Shown: one piece after another, positions 27,230-36,705 of the stretch
Layout of the letters: each line of letters opens with the position of its first letter
Numbering within the stretch: position 1 is the stretch's first letter
Source of the DNA: Acidimicrobiia bacterium
GTDB lineage: Bacteria; Actinomycetota; Acidimicrobiia; Spongiisociales; UBA5794
DNA: 58,045 nt
Direction: 5' to 3'
Assembly: GCA_030066715.1 (NCBI GenBank)
Contig: JASJBC010000004.1
Coordinates: 1 to 58,045 of the forward strand
Translations under genes and position numbers: made by a program
Notes under the pieces: model-generated
What the model was told of the DNA's origin: nothing
Database searches by the model: none
The model's input: the letters and a program-made list of their open reading frames with translations, nothing else

Positions 27230-29002
27230 ATGTGGACGGCCGTGTTGCTCGTTGCACAAGTCGTGTTTGGCCTGGCCATCCAGCAGGCAGTGGGGCACCA
27301 CTCGAACGCAGTCATCGCCCCATTTGCGCTGGCGCTTGCCTGGATGTGGGGCTCGGTACCGGGCGCCGCCTATAGCCTGAGTGCCGCTGCGCTCAACGTC
27401 CTCGCCACCAGGTGGATGGACCTGCCGAGCAACGTGTGGTGGTCGATAACCCTCGACGCCGTCGCCGTTGCGGTCACCGCCTTCTTGATTGGGCATATCG
27501 CCAAGTCACTGGAGCGCGCCCTCGGGGCGCGAGCCCGGGCGGTCCATACCGTTGATCAGCTTGCCGCCCAGGCGAACGAGCGGATGCTCACGATCACCGA
27601 TCAGGTACCCATCGGCCTCTATCGCACCACGCCGGCCGGCGAGATCATCGGCGGCAATGACGCGCTGATGCGCATCCTCGGTTTCGACGACAAAGAATCG
27701 ATGCTGGCCACGAACGTGTGGGATCACTACGTCGACATCGACGAGCGATCGTCAAAGCTGCACAACTATGCGGCTGGAGAGCAGTCCTGGAACGAACTTG
27801 CGCTCAAGCAGGTCGACGGCACCCCGCTCTGGGTCCGTGACTGGGCCGTCGCCGTGCTCGACGAGAACGGCGAGCCGCTGCACTTCGACGGGGTGCTGGA
27901 GGACATCACCGAGCAGCGGCGTGCCGACGAGAGATTCCGGGCCGCGTTCGAAGACTCTCCGCACGGGATGGCGATCTCAACGGCCGACGGTGTCGTTGTC
28001 CGCGCCAACGCGGCCATCGCAACGATGATGGGACGTTCCCCGGAGGAGCTTCGCCACCTCCACTACTCCGCCTACACCCACGACGACGAGTTGGACGTGA
28101 CTCCGAGCGCGCTGGCCAAAGCTGCGGCAGGCGAGGTAGTCCGCTACGAGAAGCGGCTGCAGCGCAGTGACGGCTCCTTCTTTTGGGCGATGATCACGCT
28201 GGCGCCCATCAAGGACCCGGTAGGTGCCCAGTTGTTCATCTCTCACGTCATCGATGTGACCGACCGGCACCTGGTCAGAGAGGCGTTGGAGAACCTCGTC
28301 CGATCCAAGGACGAGCTGATCGCATCGGTCAGCCATGAACTGCGCACCCCGCTCACGGTGGTCCACGGTCTGGCCCAGGAGCTCGATGCGAATTGGATGT
28401 CCTTCTCCGTCCCGGAGCAGAAGGAGTTCATCAGCATGATCGCCCAGCAGTCTGCCGAGGTGGCCCATATCGTCGAGGACCTCCTGGTTGCCGCACGGGC
28501 GGACATCGGCAAGCTGCCTATCCACCCCGAAACTCTCGATTTGCGCGGCGAGATCGACAAGGCCTTGGCTTCGGTGCCGGATCTCGACGCCAGGCTGCTC
28601 GATGGCGCAGCGAATCCTCCGGTGGCATTTGCCGACCCGAACCGTGTTCGCCAGATCCTGCGCAATCTGCTCGCCAACGCCGGCCGCTATGGCGGACCTC
28701 AGGTCCAGGTTCGGTACGGCGGGGGCGATCGCGCCTGGCTCGAAGTTGCCGACAACGGTCCGGGTGTGCCACCGGCTGAGGTGGCCAAGATCTTCGAGCC
28801 GTATCAACGGGCGCACAACGCCGAGGGACAGCCGATGTCGGTTGGGCTCGGGCTGACCGTGTCCCGTACATTGGCGGAGATGATGGGTGGCTCGCTCGAG
28901 TACCGATTCCACGACGGGTGGTCCGTGTTCCGGCTCGAACTCCCTGCTCCCGGGGCGGTGCACACCGGTCGTGCCGTCCGAGCCGAGCGGGCGGCCGAGT
29001 AG
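27230..29002 (+). CDS. membrane-bound sensor histidine kinase with two PAS domains (no adjacent response regulator)
   Basis: Four N-terminal TM segments from MWTAVLLVAQVVFGL. Two PAS-like segments. H-box ASVSHELRTPL and a HATPase_c C-terminus. Start chosen at ATG 27230. Confidence 0.85.
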   Translation: MWTAVLLVAQVVFGLAIQQAVGHHSNAVIAPFALALAWMWGSVPGAAYSLSAAALNVLATRWMDLPSNVWWSITLDAVAVAVTAFLIGHIAKSLERALGARARAVHTVDQLAAQANERMLTITDQVPIGLYRTTPAGEIIGGNDALMRILGFDDKESMLATNVWDHYVDIDERSSKLHNYAAGEQSWNELALKQVDGTPLWVRDWAVAVLDENGEPLHFDGVLEDITEQRRADERFRAAFEDSPHGMAISTADGVVVRANAAIATMMGRSPEELRHLHYSAYTHDDELDVTPSALAKAAAGEVVRYEKRLQRSDGSFFWAMITLAPIKDPVGAQLFISHVIDVTDRHLVREALENLVRSKDELIASVSHELRTPLTVVHGLAQELDANWMSFSVPEQKEFISMIAQQSAEVAHIVEDLLVAARADIGKLPIHPETLDLRGEIDKALASVPDLDARLLDGAANPPVAFADPNRVRQILRNLLANAGRYGGPQVQVRYGGGDRAWLEVADNGPGVPPAEVAKIFEPYQRAHNAEGQPMSVGLGLTVSRTLAEMMGGSLEYRFHDGWSVFRLELPAPGAVHTGRAVRAERAAE

Positions 29003-29034
29003 CGGTAGGCTGCCGGGGTTCATCCGGAGCAAAT

Positions 29035-30066
29035 GTGACCGACGATCGTCGTCTTCCCAACCCCCATCGCCCGGTCTATGCGGAGCGGGTGAACGCGGCC
29101 GTCGACTACATCGAGCGCCATCTCAGCGAGGACCTGTCCTTGGAGCAGGTGGCCGCTGTGGCTCACTTCTCACCCTTCCATTTTCATCGCATCTTCGGGC
29201 TGCTCGTCGGCGAGACTTTGAGCCGCTTCATCCACCGCTTGCGGATGGAACGAGCGGCTACGTGGCTCGTGCAACAGCCGGATCGAACGGTCACCGAGAT
29301 CGCCTCGGCCTGTGGGATCCACAGCCCTTCGTCCTTTGCCCGGTCGTTCCGGGAGATGTTCGGCGTGAGTGCGACGGCATGGCGCGACGGTGGTTACCGC
29401 AGCTACGAGAGCGGTGAGTCGGTGCTCGATTTGCTCGGCAACATAGGGTCGCCGGCGGCAGGGTACGGAATCAAGCGGACTCTGCCGAGCGCCGATCGCA
29501 ACCGGCTGGTTTGGGAGATTGGCTGTGGCGACCTCCCTGAGACGACGGTTGCGATCATGGATGTGCCGGACCTCGAGGTTGCCTACGTGCGGCATATCGG
29601 TCCCTATCAGGGCGCGGTCGCAGTTTTCGCCGACATCTTCGGTCGGCTGATGAGTTGGGCGATGCCCCGCGGTCTGGTTCATGAGCAGTCGTGGGTCATG
29701 GCCGTTTATCACGACAACCCGAGCATCACCGAGGAGGAGAAGCTGCGGGTGAGCGCGTGCGTTGACGTGCCGGCGGAGACCGGAGCCGACGGCGAGATCG
29801 GGCGGATGCTCCTGCCCGGGGGCCCTTGTGCGATTGCTCGTTTCGAGCTGGGCACCCAGGACTACCCGCAAGCTTGGTTCGCCGTCGCCGGTGGCTGGTT
29901 GCCCGACAGTGGCTACGAGCCAGACGACCGGCTCCCCTTTGAGCGCTATCCGGTTGCCGCAACCGGCGACGACGCTACGACCTCCGCGGCGACGGAGGTC
30001 GTAGACATCTGCATTCCGGTGCGGCCCCTGCGTACCGCCCCGCCCCGCTCCGGCGGCGGCCTGTAG
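29035..30066 (+). CDS. AraC-family regulator fused to a GyrI-like effector-binding domain
   Basis: In-frame GTG at 29035. HFSPFHFHRIFGLLVGETLSRFIHRLRMERAA...SPSSFARSFREMFGVSATAWR is an AraC double HTH. The C-terminal half is GyrI-like (VRHIGPYQG...). Confidence 0.8.
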   Translation: MTDDRRLPNPHRPVYAERVNAAVDYIERHLSEDLSLEQVAAVAHFSPFHFHRIFGLLVGETLSRFIHRLRMERAATWLVQQPDRTVTEIASACGIHSPSSFARSFREMFGVSATAWRDGGYRSYESGESVLDLLGNIGSPAAGYGIKRTLPSADRNRLVWEIGCGDLPETTVAIMDVPDLEVAYVRHIGPYQGAVAVFADIFGRLMSWAMPRGLVHEQSWVMAVYHDNPSITEEEKLRVSACVDVPAETGADGEIGRMLLPGGPCAIARFELGTQDYPQAWFAVAGGWLPDSGYEPDDRLPFERYPVAATGDDATTSAATEVVDICIPVRPLRTAPPRSGGGL

Positions 30067-30068
30067 AG

Positions 30069-30220
30069 CTATTGGGCGTTCTCGAACACCGCACCCCAAT
30101 CAAAGCCTGTCTCTTCGAGACAGGTTGGGAGAATGCCGCCCCATCATCCTGATGGCTCGCCATTCTCCGTCCAGCACCGCCGGCTACTGGGCGTTCTCGA
30201 ACACCGCACCCCAATCGAAG
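30069..30220. repeat. 37-nt direct repeat pair (35/37 identical) flanking a 78-nt spacer with two small hairpins
   Basis: 30069-30105 is ctattgggcgttctcgaacaccgcaccccaatcaaag. 30184-30220 is ctactgggcgttctcgaacaccgcaccccaatcgaag. The second unit is the 3' end of the TsaA-like gene. Confidence 0.85.
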
Positions 30221-30666
30221 GTGGCGGAGTCCTCGTACCACTGCGGCCAGTCGGCACACCATTGTGGCGTTGCCACGTTGCGAACACGGTCCACAGCGGG
30301 GAAGTAGGGCTTGAGATCGAGGATCGGGGTATCCGGCTCGGCATCGATGTAGGCAATGCGGACGATCCCCGCCGTCTCGTCGATCCCGATCACAGGAACC
30401 GCAGTCAGTGCAATCGGATTGGGTCGCGCCGGTGACCGGGTGGCGAAGATCCCCACCTGATCCGGCCCTTCTTTGTATGGCTTGTCCGCCAGGACCATCT
30501 CCCGGTACTCGGGGGTGTCGAGATAGTGGCACCAGAACAGCACATTGAGATGGCTGAAGCCGGCCAGGCCGTGCAGGGCCTCCCGGAACCGCTCCTCGAT
30601 GGCAAGTGCGAATCCATCCTCCCCAACTGTCACGCGACCGATCGGCTCGAGGTTGTACGTAGTCAT
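30184..30666 (-). CDS. TsaA/TrmO-like (UPF0066) SAM-dependent methyltransferase family protein
   Basis: GIFATRSPARPNPIALTAVPVIGID...IRIAYIDAEPDTPILDLKPYFP matches the TsaA-like domain pattern. Confidence 0.7.
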   Translation of the reverse strand: MTTYNLEPIGRVTVGEDGFALAIEERFREALHGLAGFSHLNVLFWCHYLDTPEYREMVLADKPYKEGPDQVGIFATRSPARPNPIALTAVPVIGIDETAGIVRIAYIDAEPDTPILDLKPYFPAVDRVRNVATPQWCADWPQWYEDSATFDWGAVFENAQ

Positions 30667-30775
30667 GCCTTTCTCCTTTCGTGTTGCGTAATACGATGAC
30701 GCCGGGATAGGTGCGCGGCTATTCAGATCTTGCGTTCGGCTTGTCGAGTCTTGCGCGTTGCGATGAGGAGAAGTG

Positions 30776-32815
30776 ATGGTCCAGTATCCAGAGACGAAGC
30801 GCGGTGACGTGGTCGACGTCTACCACGGGACTGCAGTTCCCGACCCCTACCGCTGGCTCGAGGACATGGACTCTCCGAAGACGCTGGAGTGGGTCGATGC
30901 GCAGAATGCGCTCACTGCGGCTCACCTGGATTCGATTCCCCGCCGTGAGCAGATTCGGGCGCGTTTCGAAGAACTGTGGAACTTCCCCCGCCAATCGGCG
31001 CCCATGCGCCGGGGCGATTGGTACTTCTACACACGAAACGACGGGTTGCAGCCACAGCCGGTCCTCTACAGAGAGCCGGTCACTGGTGGCGACGCCCAGG
31101 TCGTGCTCGACCCCAACGAGCTGGCAGCCGACGGGACCATCGCTGCGATGACCCTGTCCTTCACCAAGGATGGGTCGCGGCTTGCCTACACGCTCGCCGA
31201 GGCGGGTAGCGACTGGCAGACCGCCCGTGTCCTGGATGTCACGACAGGTGAGCACCTGCCCGACGAACTGCATCGGATCAAGTTCACAACTCTTGCCTGG
31301 ACACCCGCTGCAGACGCGTTCTACTACGCGAGGTTTCCCGAGCCCGAGGAGTATCCCGACGCACCACCCAGTACCCACCAGCAGGTGTTCTTGCACCGGT
31401 TGGGCACGCCGCAGCGCGAGGACGAGCTGGTCTATTCCCGGCCCGACTCACCCGACCTTGGCTTCCAGCCGTTTGTGACGGATGACGAGGAGCTGCTTGT
31501 CTTGCACGTCTGGCAGGGCACAGACACGCGTAACCGCCTGTACTACCGGCGGCTCGGCGAAGGCGGCGATTTCGTCAGGCTTCTCGATGATTTCGACGCG
31601 AAGTATCAGCTCATCGGGCACGACCAGGGGCGCCTGTATGTGCTGACCGACCGCGCGGCACCGCACGGCAAGGTGGTTGCGATACCGCTCGACGACCCTG
31701 CGGTGGGCAACTGGGACGAGATAGTTCCTGAGAGCGGGGACACGCTCGAGTTCGGTGCCATGGTGGGCGGGAAGCTGGTGACGGGGTCGCTCCGCAACGC
31801 CAGCCATGTCGTGGCGATTTGGGAGCTCGACGGCACACCCTGCGGCGAAGTCGATCTGCCCGCGTTGGGAACCGTCACCGAGTTTGCGGGAAAGCCCCAT
31901 CACCGGGAGTTCTTCCTGGGGTTCGAATCCTTCGTCCTTCCCCCGACCGTGCTGCGCTACGTTCTCGACACCGACGAAGTGGAACATATGGCGACATCAT
32001 CGGGAGGCGTTGCTCCGGAAGACTTCGTGACGACCCAGACCTGGGCTGAGTCCAGCGATGGCACCGCCATCCCGATTTTCGTCACCCACCGTGCCGACCT
32101 CGTACCCGACGGAGGTACTCCAACCATCCTCTTTGGCTACGGGGGGTTCGATATCCCGATGACCCCGATGTATGCGCCCGACCGGCTCGGATTCATCGAA
32201 GCCGGCGGCATCTTCGCCGTGGCCAATCTCCGCGGCGGAGGTGAGTACGGGCACGATTGGCATGCCGCCGGCATGTTTGGCAACAAACAGAACGTGTTCG
32301 ATGACTTCGTGGCTGCGGGCGAGCACCTGATCGCCGCCGGATACACGTCGGCGGCGAATCTCGGCATCTACGGGCGCTCGAATGGGGGCCTGCTCGTCAC
32401 TGCCTGCCTGTTGCAGCGCCCGGAACTGTTTGGGGCCGTCGTCGGGATGGTTCCCGTCACCGACATGCTTCGTTATCACCGGTTCACCGCCGGGCGCTAC
32501 TGGACGGCGGAGTACGGCAACGCCGAGGAGGATCCGGAGCACTTCGACTTCCTCTTCGAGTACTCCCCGCTCCACAACGTCGTTCCGGCCGACTACCCGC
32601 CCACGCTTATCACCACCGGTGACAGCGACGACCGGGTTGTGCCGCTGCACTCCTACAAGTTCATCGCCGAGCTCCAGAGTGCAGTCGGGGACTCAGGACC
32701 CGCCCTGCTGCGGGTCGACAGGCGTGCGGGGCACGGCTTGGGGAAGCCGACGGCCAAGCTGATCGACGAGGCCGCCGATATCTACGCCTTCTTCCTACAT
32801 CACCTGGCTACTTGA
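30776..32815 (+). CDS. prolyl oligopeptidase (S9A family)
   Basis: YHGTAVPDPYRWLEDMDSPKTLEWVDAQN N-terminus. Catalytic GRSNGGLL. Later DDRV and GHG blocks. ATG 30776 lies 5 nt after GAGGAG. Confidence 0.9.
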   Translation: MVQYPETKRGDVVDVYHGTAVPDPYRWLEDMDSPKTLEWVDAQNALTAAHLDSIPRREQIRARFEELWNFPRQSAPMRRGDWYFYTRNDGLQPQPVLYREPVTGGDAQVVLDPNELAADGTIAAMTLSFTKDGSRLAYTLAEAGSDWQTARVLDVTTGEHLPDELHRIKFTTLAWTPAADAFYYARFPEPEEYPDAPPSTHQQVFLHRLGTPQREDELVYSRPDSPDLGFQPFVTDDEELLVLHVWQGTDTRNRLYYRRLGEGGDFVRLLDDFDAKYQLIGHDQGRLYVLTDRAAPHGKVVAIPLDDPAVGNWDEIVPESGDTLEFGAMVGGKLVTGSLRNASHVVAIWELDGTPCGEVDLPALGTVTEFAGKPHHREFFLGFESFVLPPTVLRYVLDTDEVEHMATSSGGVAPEDFVTTQTWAESSDGTAIPIFVTHRADLVPDGGTPTILFGYGGFDIPMTPMYAPDRLGFIEAGGIFAVANLRGGGEYGHDWHAAGMFGNKQNVFDDFVAAGEHLIAAGYTSAANLGIYGRSNGGLLVTACLLQRPELFGAVVGMVPVTDMLRYHRFTAGRYWTAEYGNAEEDPEHFDFLFEYSPLHNVVPADYPPTLITTGDSDDRVVPLHSYKFIAELQSAVGDSGPALLRVDRRAGHGLGKPTAKLIDEAADIYAFFLHHLAT

Positions 32816-33998
32816 CGAACTCGAATTGGTGGACGTCTATCCGACCCACTCGGAAACCGGCCTCGCAATAGGCGAGGTAGTAGCGCCAGGTACGGCGAAA
32901 GCGCTCATCGAGTTCGAGGTGGCGCAGCTTCGGCCAAGCCGCTTCGAAGTGGTGACGCCAGGTCTCCAATGTCCTTGCATATGACGAGGCAAATGCCGTC
33001 GCCGACTTGACCAGGAGGCCGCGTTCGTCGGCCAGCGTGTGCACATGCTCGACAGAGGGGAGAGCACCCCCGGGGAAGATGTGCTTGCTGATGAAGTCGT
33101 CGCGCTCCAACAACGAGTCGAAGAGGCGATTGTCGATGGTGATCGCCTGCATGGCTGCCTTCCCGTCGGGGCGGAGCCGGGCGTTGATTTGATCGAAGAG
33201 GGCCGGCCACAGGTCGGCTGGTATCGATTCGATCATCTCTATGGAAACGATCTTGTCGTATGTGCCCGTCTCGTCGCGGAAGTCCTGCAGCTTGATGTCG
33301 GTGAGGTCGGCAAGGCCGGCCTTGTCCAGCCGATCCCGTGCATATGCGGCCTGCTCCGAGCTGAGCGTCAGACCGGTCACGTGCGCCCCGATCTCTCCGG
33401 CCGCATACTCGGCGAACCCACCCCAGCCACAACCGATCTCGAGAACCCGGTCTCCTGGCTGGATGTCGGCGAGTTCAGCGAGGCGCCGATACTTCTCGCG
33501 CTGGGCTGCAGGGAGGGGCTGCTCCTCGGCCGTGAAGACGGCTGAGGAGTAGGTCATGGTGGCATCGAGCCAGGCTATGTAGAAGTCGTTGCCCAGGTTG
33601 TAATGCTGGCCGATGGATGGGATCTCCGCACCGCGTCGCGCCGTCAGCCGCTGCCAGCGGCGGCGAGCCCACTCGATCCGGGGGCTGGGACGCCGGTCCC
33701 GAACGTGGGCGTCGAGGTTGCGCGCCAGCACCTCGAGCGTTGTCGCCAAGTCGCTGGTGTCCCAATACCCGACGAGGTAGGCCTCGGCGAAGCCGACCCC
33801 TCCGCCCCGGAGCACCCGCCACAAGGCGGCAACGGGGCGATGGACTTCGATCATGACTTCGGGACCAGTGGTTGCGGCGTTGTGCAGGCGGGTTGCAGGG
33901 CCGAGCTGGACGGTGAGCCGGCCGAAGGTCGCCCGGCGTAGCAGCCGGCGATAGATCCAGCCAACGGGAAGCATCGTGATTCGATTCGAGACACTCAT
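32808..33998 (-). CDS. cyclopropane-fatty-acyl-phospholipid synthase-like SAM-dependent methyltransferase
   Basis: VLEIGCGWGGFAEYAA SAM motif, HYNLGNDFY block and CMAS-family length (396 aa). ATGA overlap with the upstream DUF1365 gene. Confidence 0.85.
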   Translation of the reverse strand: MSVSNRITMLPVGWIYRRLLRRATFGRLTVQLGPATRLHNAATTGPEVMIEVHRPVAALWRVLRGGGVGFAEAYLVGYWDTSDLATTLEVLARNLDAHVRDRRPSPRIEWARRRWQRLTARRGAEIPSIGQHYNLGNDFYIAWLDATMTYSSAVFTAEEQPLPAAQREKYRRLAELADIQPGDRVLEIGCGWGGFAEYAAGEIGAHVTGLTLSSEQAAYARDRLDKAGLADLTDIKLQDFRDETGTYDKIVSIEMIESIPADLWPALFDQINARLRPDGKAAMQAITIDNRLFDSLLERDDFISKHIFPGGALPSVEHVHTLADERGLLVKSATAFASSYARTLETWRHHFEAAWPKLRHLELDERFRRTWRYYLAYCEAGFRVGRIDVHQFEFVK

Positions 33999-34768
33999 GT
34001 CGTCACCAACGTACTCTCCAGCGTGACTTGCTGCTCGGGCTCCGCAGGTACTGGACGATAGCGAGCACCCTTGAGCAGCAACCGCAGCGCCTGCCAGTGG
34101 ATTCCGCCGATCACCTTGAGTGTGAGCAGGGGATGGGTGATGAAGACCCGGGCAAGGGAACGGTCATTCAGAGCCGTGCGGTCGCCGACCATCGTTGCGG
34201 TGAGCAGGTCCTCGTCGTCGGTCGAGTAGTCGATGGAGACCGAGAACCGGTCGCCGGGAGGACGCAGCGTGAACGAGTAACTGCCGTCCTGATCGAAGAA
34301 CGGGGACACGTGGAGGTTCTTGGCGAACTCGTGACGATGGGGTGCAGCTCCGCTGATTGGGACCAGATGGCTGTGGCTGTGCCCGAAAGTGTTGTGGATC
34401 TCGTAGAGAACGGCGCGTAGCGAGCCCGCAGAGTCGTAGCAGAACCACATAGTCAGGGGATTGAACGTGTAGCCGAGGATGCGCGGGAAGAGCAGCACCT
34501 CGACCCGTCCCCCGGTGATATCGATTCCGGCGGTTGCCAACTGGCTGTCGATCCACGTCCGCAGCGGTGTCCCGTCACGGGCGCCATGGTCCCGGTCGTG
34601 AATGGAGAAGACGTTCCACCGATTCCGAGAGAGCAGCCGGGACCGTCCGACGATCGTGTCCAATTCGTCGAGGTCGACCAGCATCGAGTACGTCCTGTAG
34701 CGGAGCTTGTGTTGGAACGGCGCCTTCCTGCGATGGGCGACCCGGCCGACGTACAGCGCACTGTTCAT
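33995..34768 (-). CDS. DUF1365-domain protein
   Basis: MNSALYVGRVAHRRKAPFQHKLRYRTYSMLVDLDELD is the characteristic DUF1365 N-terminus. ATGA overlap with the upstream oxidoreductase gene. Confidence 0.8.
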   Translation of the reverse strand: MNSALYVGRVAHRRKAPFQHKLRYRTYSMLVDLDELDTIVGRSRLLSRNRWNVFSIHDRDHGARDGTPLRTWIDSQLATAGIDITGGRVEVLLFPRILGYTFNPLTMWFCYDSAGSLRAVLYEIHNTFGHSHSHLVPISGAAPHRHEFAKNLHVSPFFDQDGSYSFTLRPPGDRFSVSIDYSTDDEDLLTATMVGDRTALNDRSLARVFITHPLLTLKVIGGIHWQALRLLLKGARYRPVPAEPEQQVTLESTLVTT

Positions 34769-36099
34769 GCCGCCGCCCGGTCCCTTCGCCTCATCGCAAC
34801 AGTTGCGGCGGGGCTGCGCGGCGTTATCTGGTCCGCCCACGGGGCGGCCGCACCCAACTGGGATGCCACGGTGAGACCGGCTTGGAGACCGTCCTCATGG
34901 AACCCGTAGCCGAGGTAAGCACCGGCGAACCAGGTTCGGTTGTCACCCTGAATCGTCCCGAGATCGGCCTGAGCCCGCTCCGACTGCGCATCGAACTGGG
35001 GGTGGGAGAACAGGACATCGTCGATGACGGTCTCGCTCCTCGGTTCCATCGTCGGGTTGAGCGAGACGAAGATCTGCCTGTCCTCGGGCAGCGACTGCAA
35101 CCGGTTCATCCAGTAGGTCACGGTGACGGGGTTCGCTGCGTCCGGGGTCACCGCACCGATCGCATTCCAGCTCGCCCAGGCACGACGGCGCCGCGGCATG
35201 AGCCGCTCGTCGCTGTGCACCACAGCTCGGTTGGGGGCGTAGCGGAAGGAGCCGATGATCTGGCGCTCGGCCTCAGTTGCCTGGTCGCCGAGGATGTGCA
35301 TTGCGGTGTCGGCGTGCGTGGCAAACACCACTTGGTCGAAGCTGCGGCTGTCCCCCGTTGCGTCGGTCAGACGCACGGAGCCCGGATCGCGCCTGATGGC
35401 GACGATGGGGCGCTGCAGGAGCACTTCGTCCACGCCGGCAAGGGCGCGGTCCACGTAGAGGCGGCTGCCCCCGGCGACGGTGCGCCACTGCGGGCGATCG
35501 TTGAGTCGCAGCAGACCGTGGTTGGCCAGGAAGCTGAGGAAGGTCCGCGCCGGCATCTTGGCCACATCGTCGCCGGTGCCGGACCAGACGGCTGCGGCGA
35601 GCGGCAGCAGATAGTGGGAGCCGAACGCCTTGGGGTACTGGCGGTGCAGCAGATAGTCGGAGATGGAGAGCCCGTCGGGTACCTCTCCAGCCTGGAGCCG
35701 CGCTTGCTCGCTGCGAAACTCGTTGATCCCGCGCAGTATCGACCACATTCTGGGCCGGACCACGTTGCCGAGGTTGGCGAATACGCCACCGACGCTCCCT
35801 GCGTATTCGATCCCAGTCTCGTCGTCGCTCACCGAGAAGGACATGTCGCTGTCCTTGGTCGCGACACCGAGCCGGGCAAACAGGTTGGTCAGGTTTGGGT
35901 AGTTGCGTTCGTTGTAGACGATGAAGCCGGTGTCGACCGGGAGGGTGTAGCCACCCATGTCGATGTCGATCGTCCGGGCGTGGCCACCTGGCCGGTTCTC
36001 GGCTTCGTAGAGGGTGACCTCGTGCTTTCTCTTCAGAGCCCAGGCCGCACCGATACCCGTTACGCCCGAGCCCACTACTGCGATTTTCATTCTGTCCAT
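34765..36099 (-). CDS. FAD/NAD(P)-binding amine-oxidase-fold oxidoreductase
   Basis: MKIAVVGSGVTGIGAAWAL dinucleotide-binding motif. 440 aa. First gene of the three-gene overlapped operon (alternative start 36090). Confidence 0.8.
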   Translation of the reverse strand: MDRMKIAVVGSGVTGIGAAWALKRKHEVTLYEAENRPGGHARTIDIDMGGYTLPVDTGFIVYNERNYPNLTNLFARLGVATKDSDMSFSVSDDETGIEYAGSVGGVFANLGNVVRPRMWSILRGINEFRSEQARLQAGEVPDGLSISDYLLHRQYPKAFGSHYLLPLAAAVWSGTGDDVAKMPARTFLSFLANHGLLRLNDRPQWRTVAGGSRLYVDRALAGVDEVLLQRPIVAIRRDPGSVRLTDATGDSRSFDQVVFATHADTAMHILGDQATEAERQIIGSFRYAPNRAVVHSDERLMPRRRRAWASWNAIGAVTPDAANPVTVTYWMNRLQSLPEDRQIFVSLNPTMEPRSETVIDDVLFSHPQFDAQSERAQADLGTIQGDNRTWFAGAYLGYGFHEDGLQAGLTVASQLGAAAPWADQITPRSPAATVAMRRRDRAAA

Positions 36100-36196
36100 C
36101 CTCGCTTTCGGCCCTGTTTCGGTGCCGGATGCAGGGCCGGATCAGGTCATACAGCGGGGGCGATGGCTACGAAGAAGGGGAAACGAGGAGGAACGT

Positions 36197-36646
36197 ATGA
36201 CTCGTCTCATCGAGACAGCAACTACATCATTGAGTCAAGAAGAAGCTTTCGGTTACGTCGCCGAATTCGAGAACATCGACCAGTGGGACCCTGGCGTCTC
36301 CAAGTCGGTGAAAAGCATTCCCGGCGACACCGCAGTAGGGACTGCCTATGACCTCGATCTCTCGTATCGCGGCCGCAGCCTGAAGATGACGTACACCGTC
36401 ACCGAGTGGGAGCCGAACCACCGTGTCGTGCTCGAAGGTGTCGGCGGCCCCGTCAAGGCCATCGACACGATCACCTTCGTATCCGGCGACGACGGCACCA
36501 TCGTCACCTATCAGGCGGACCTCTCCCTCCGCGGCATCGCCAAGCTGATCCAGCCGCTCATGGGCTCCCGCCTCAACGCCGTCGGCGAAGCCGCCGGCCA
36601 AGGCCTCCGCACCTGGCTCGCAGAACTCGAGCGCCAACACAACTGA
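36197..36646 (+). CDS. SRPBCC-superfamily (polyketide cyclase/dehydrase-like) protein
   Basis: GAGGAGGA precedes ATG 36197. About 150 aa. FGYVAEFENIDQWDPGV...VLEGVGGPVKAIDTITF is a START/SRPBCC-like pattern. Confidence 0.6.
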   Translation: MTRLIETATTSLSQEEAFGYVAEFENIDQWDPGVSKSVKSIPGDTAVGTAYDLDLSYRGRSLKMTYTVTEWEPNHRVVLEGVGGPVKAIDTITFVSGDDGTIVTYQADLSLRGIAKLIQPLMGSRLNAVGEAAGQGLRTWLAELERQHN

Positions 36647-36653
36647 CTCTCCA

Positions 36654-36705
36654 CCGTTCTTGCGTAACTGGCGGTCCATATCGGCCGCCAGTTACGCAAG
36701 AACGG
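36654..36705. repeat. palindromic (REP-like) hairpin repeat, copy 3
   Basis: 21-bp arms ccgttcttgcgtaactggcgg / ccgccagttacgcaagaacgg. The loop region differs from copies 1 and 2 at 3 positions. Starts 8 nt after the SRPBCC stop. Confidence 0.9.

Noticed and set aside
34534-36351. 605-aa plus-strand ORF across the DUF1365 and FAD-oxidoreductase region
   Set aside because: It is antisense to two genes with clear family signatures and ATGA coupling. No motifs of its own.
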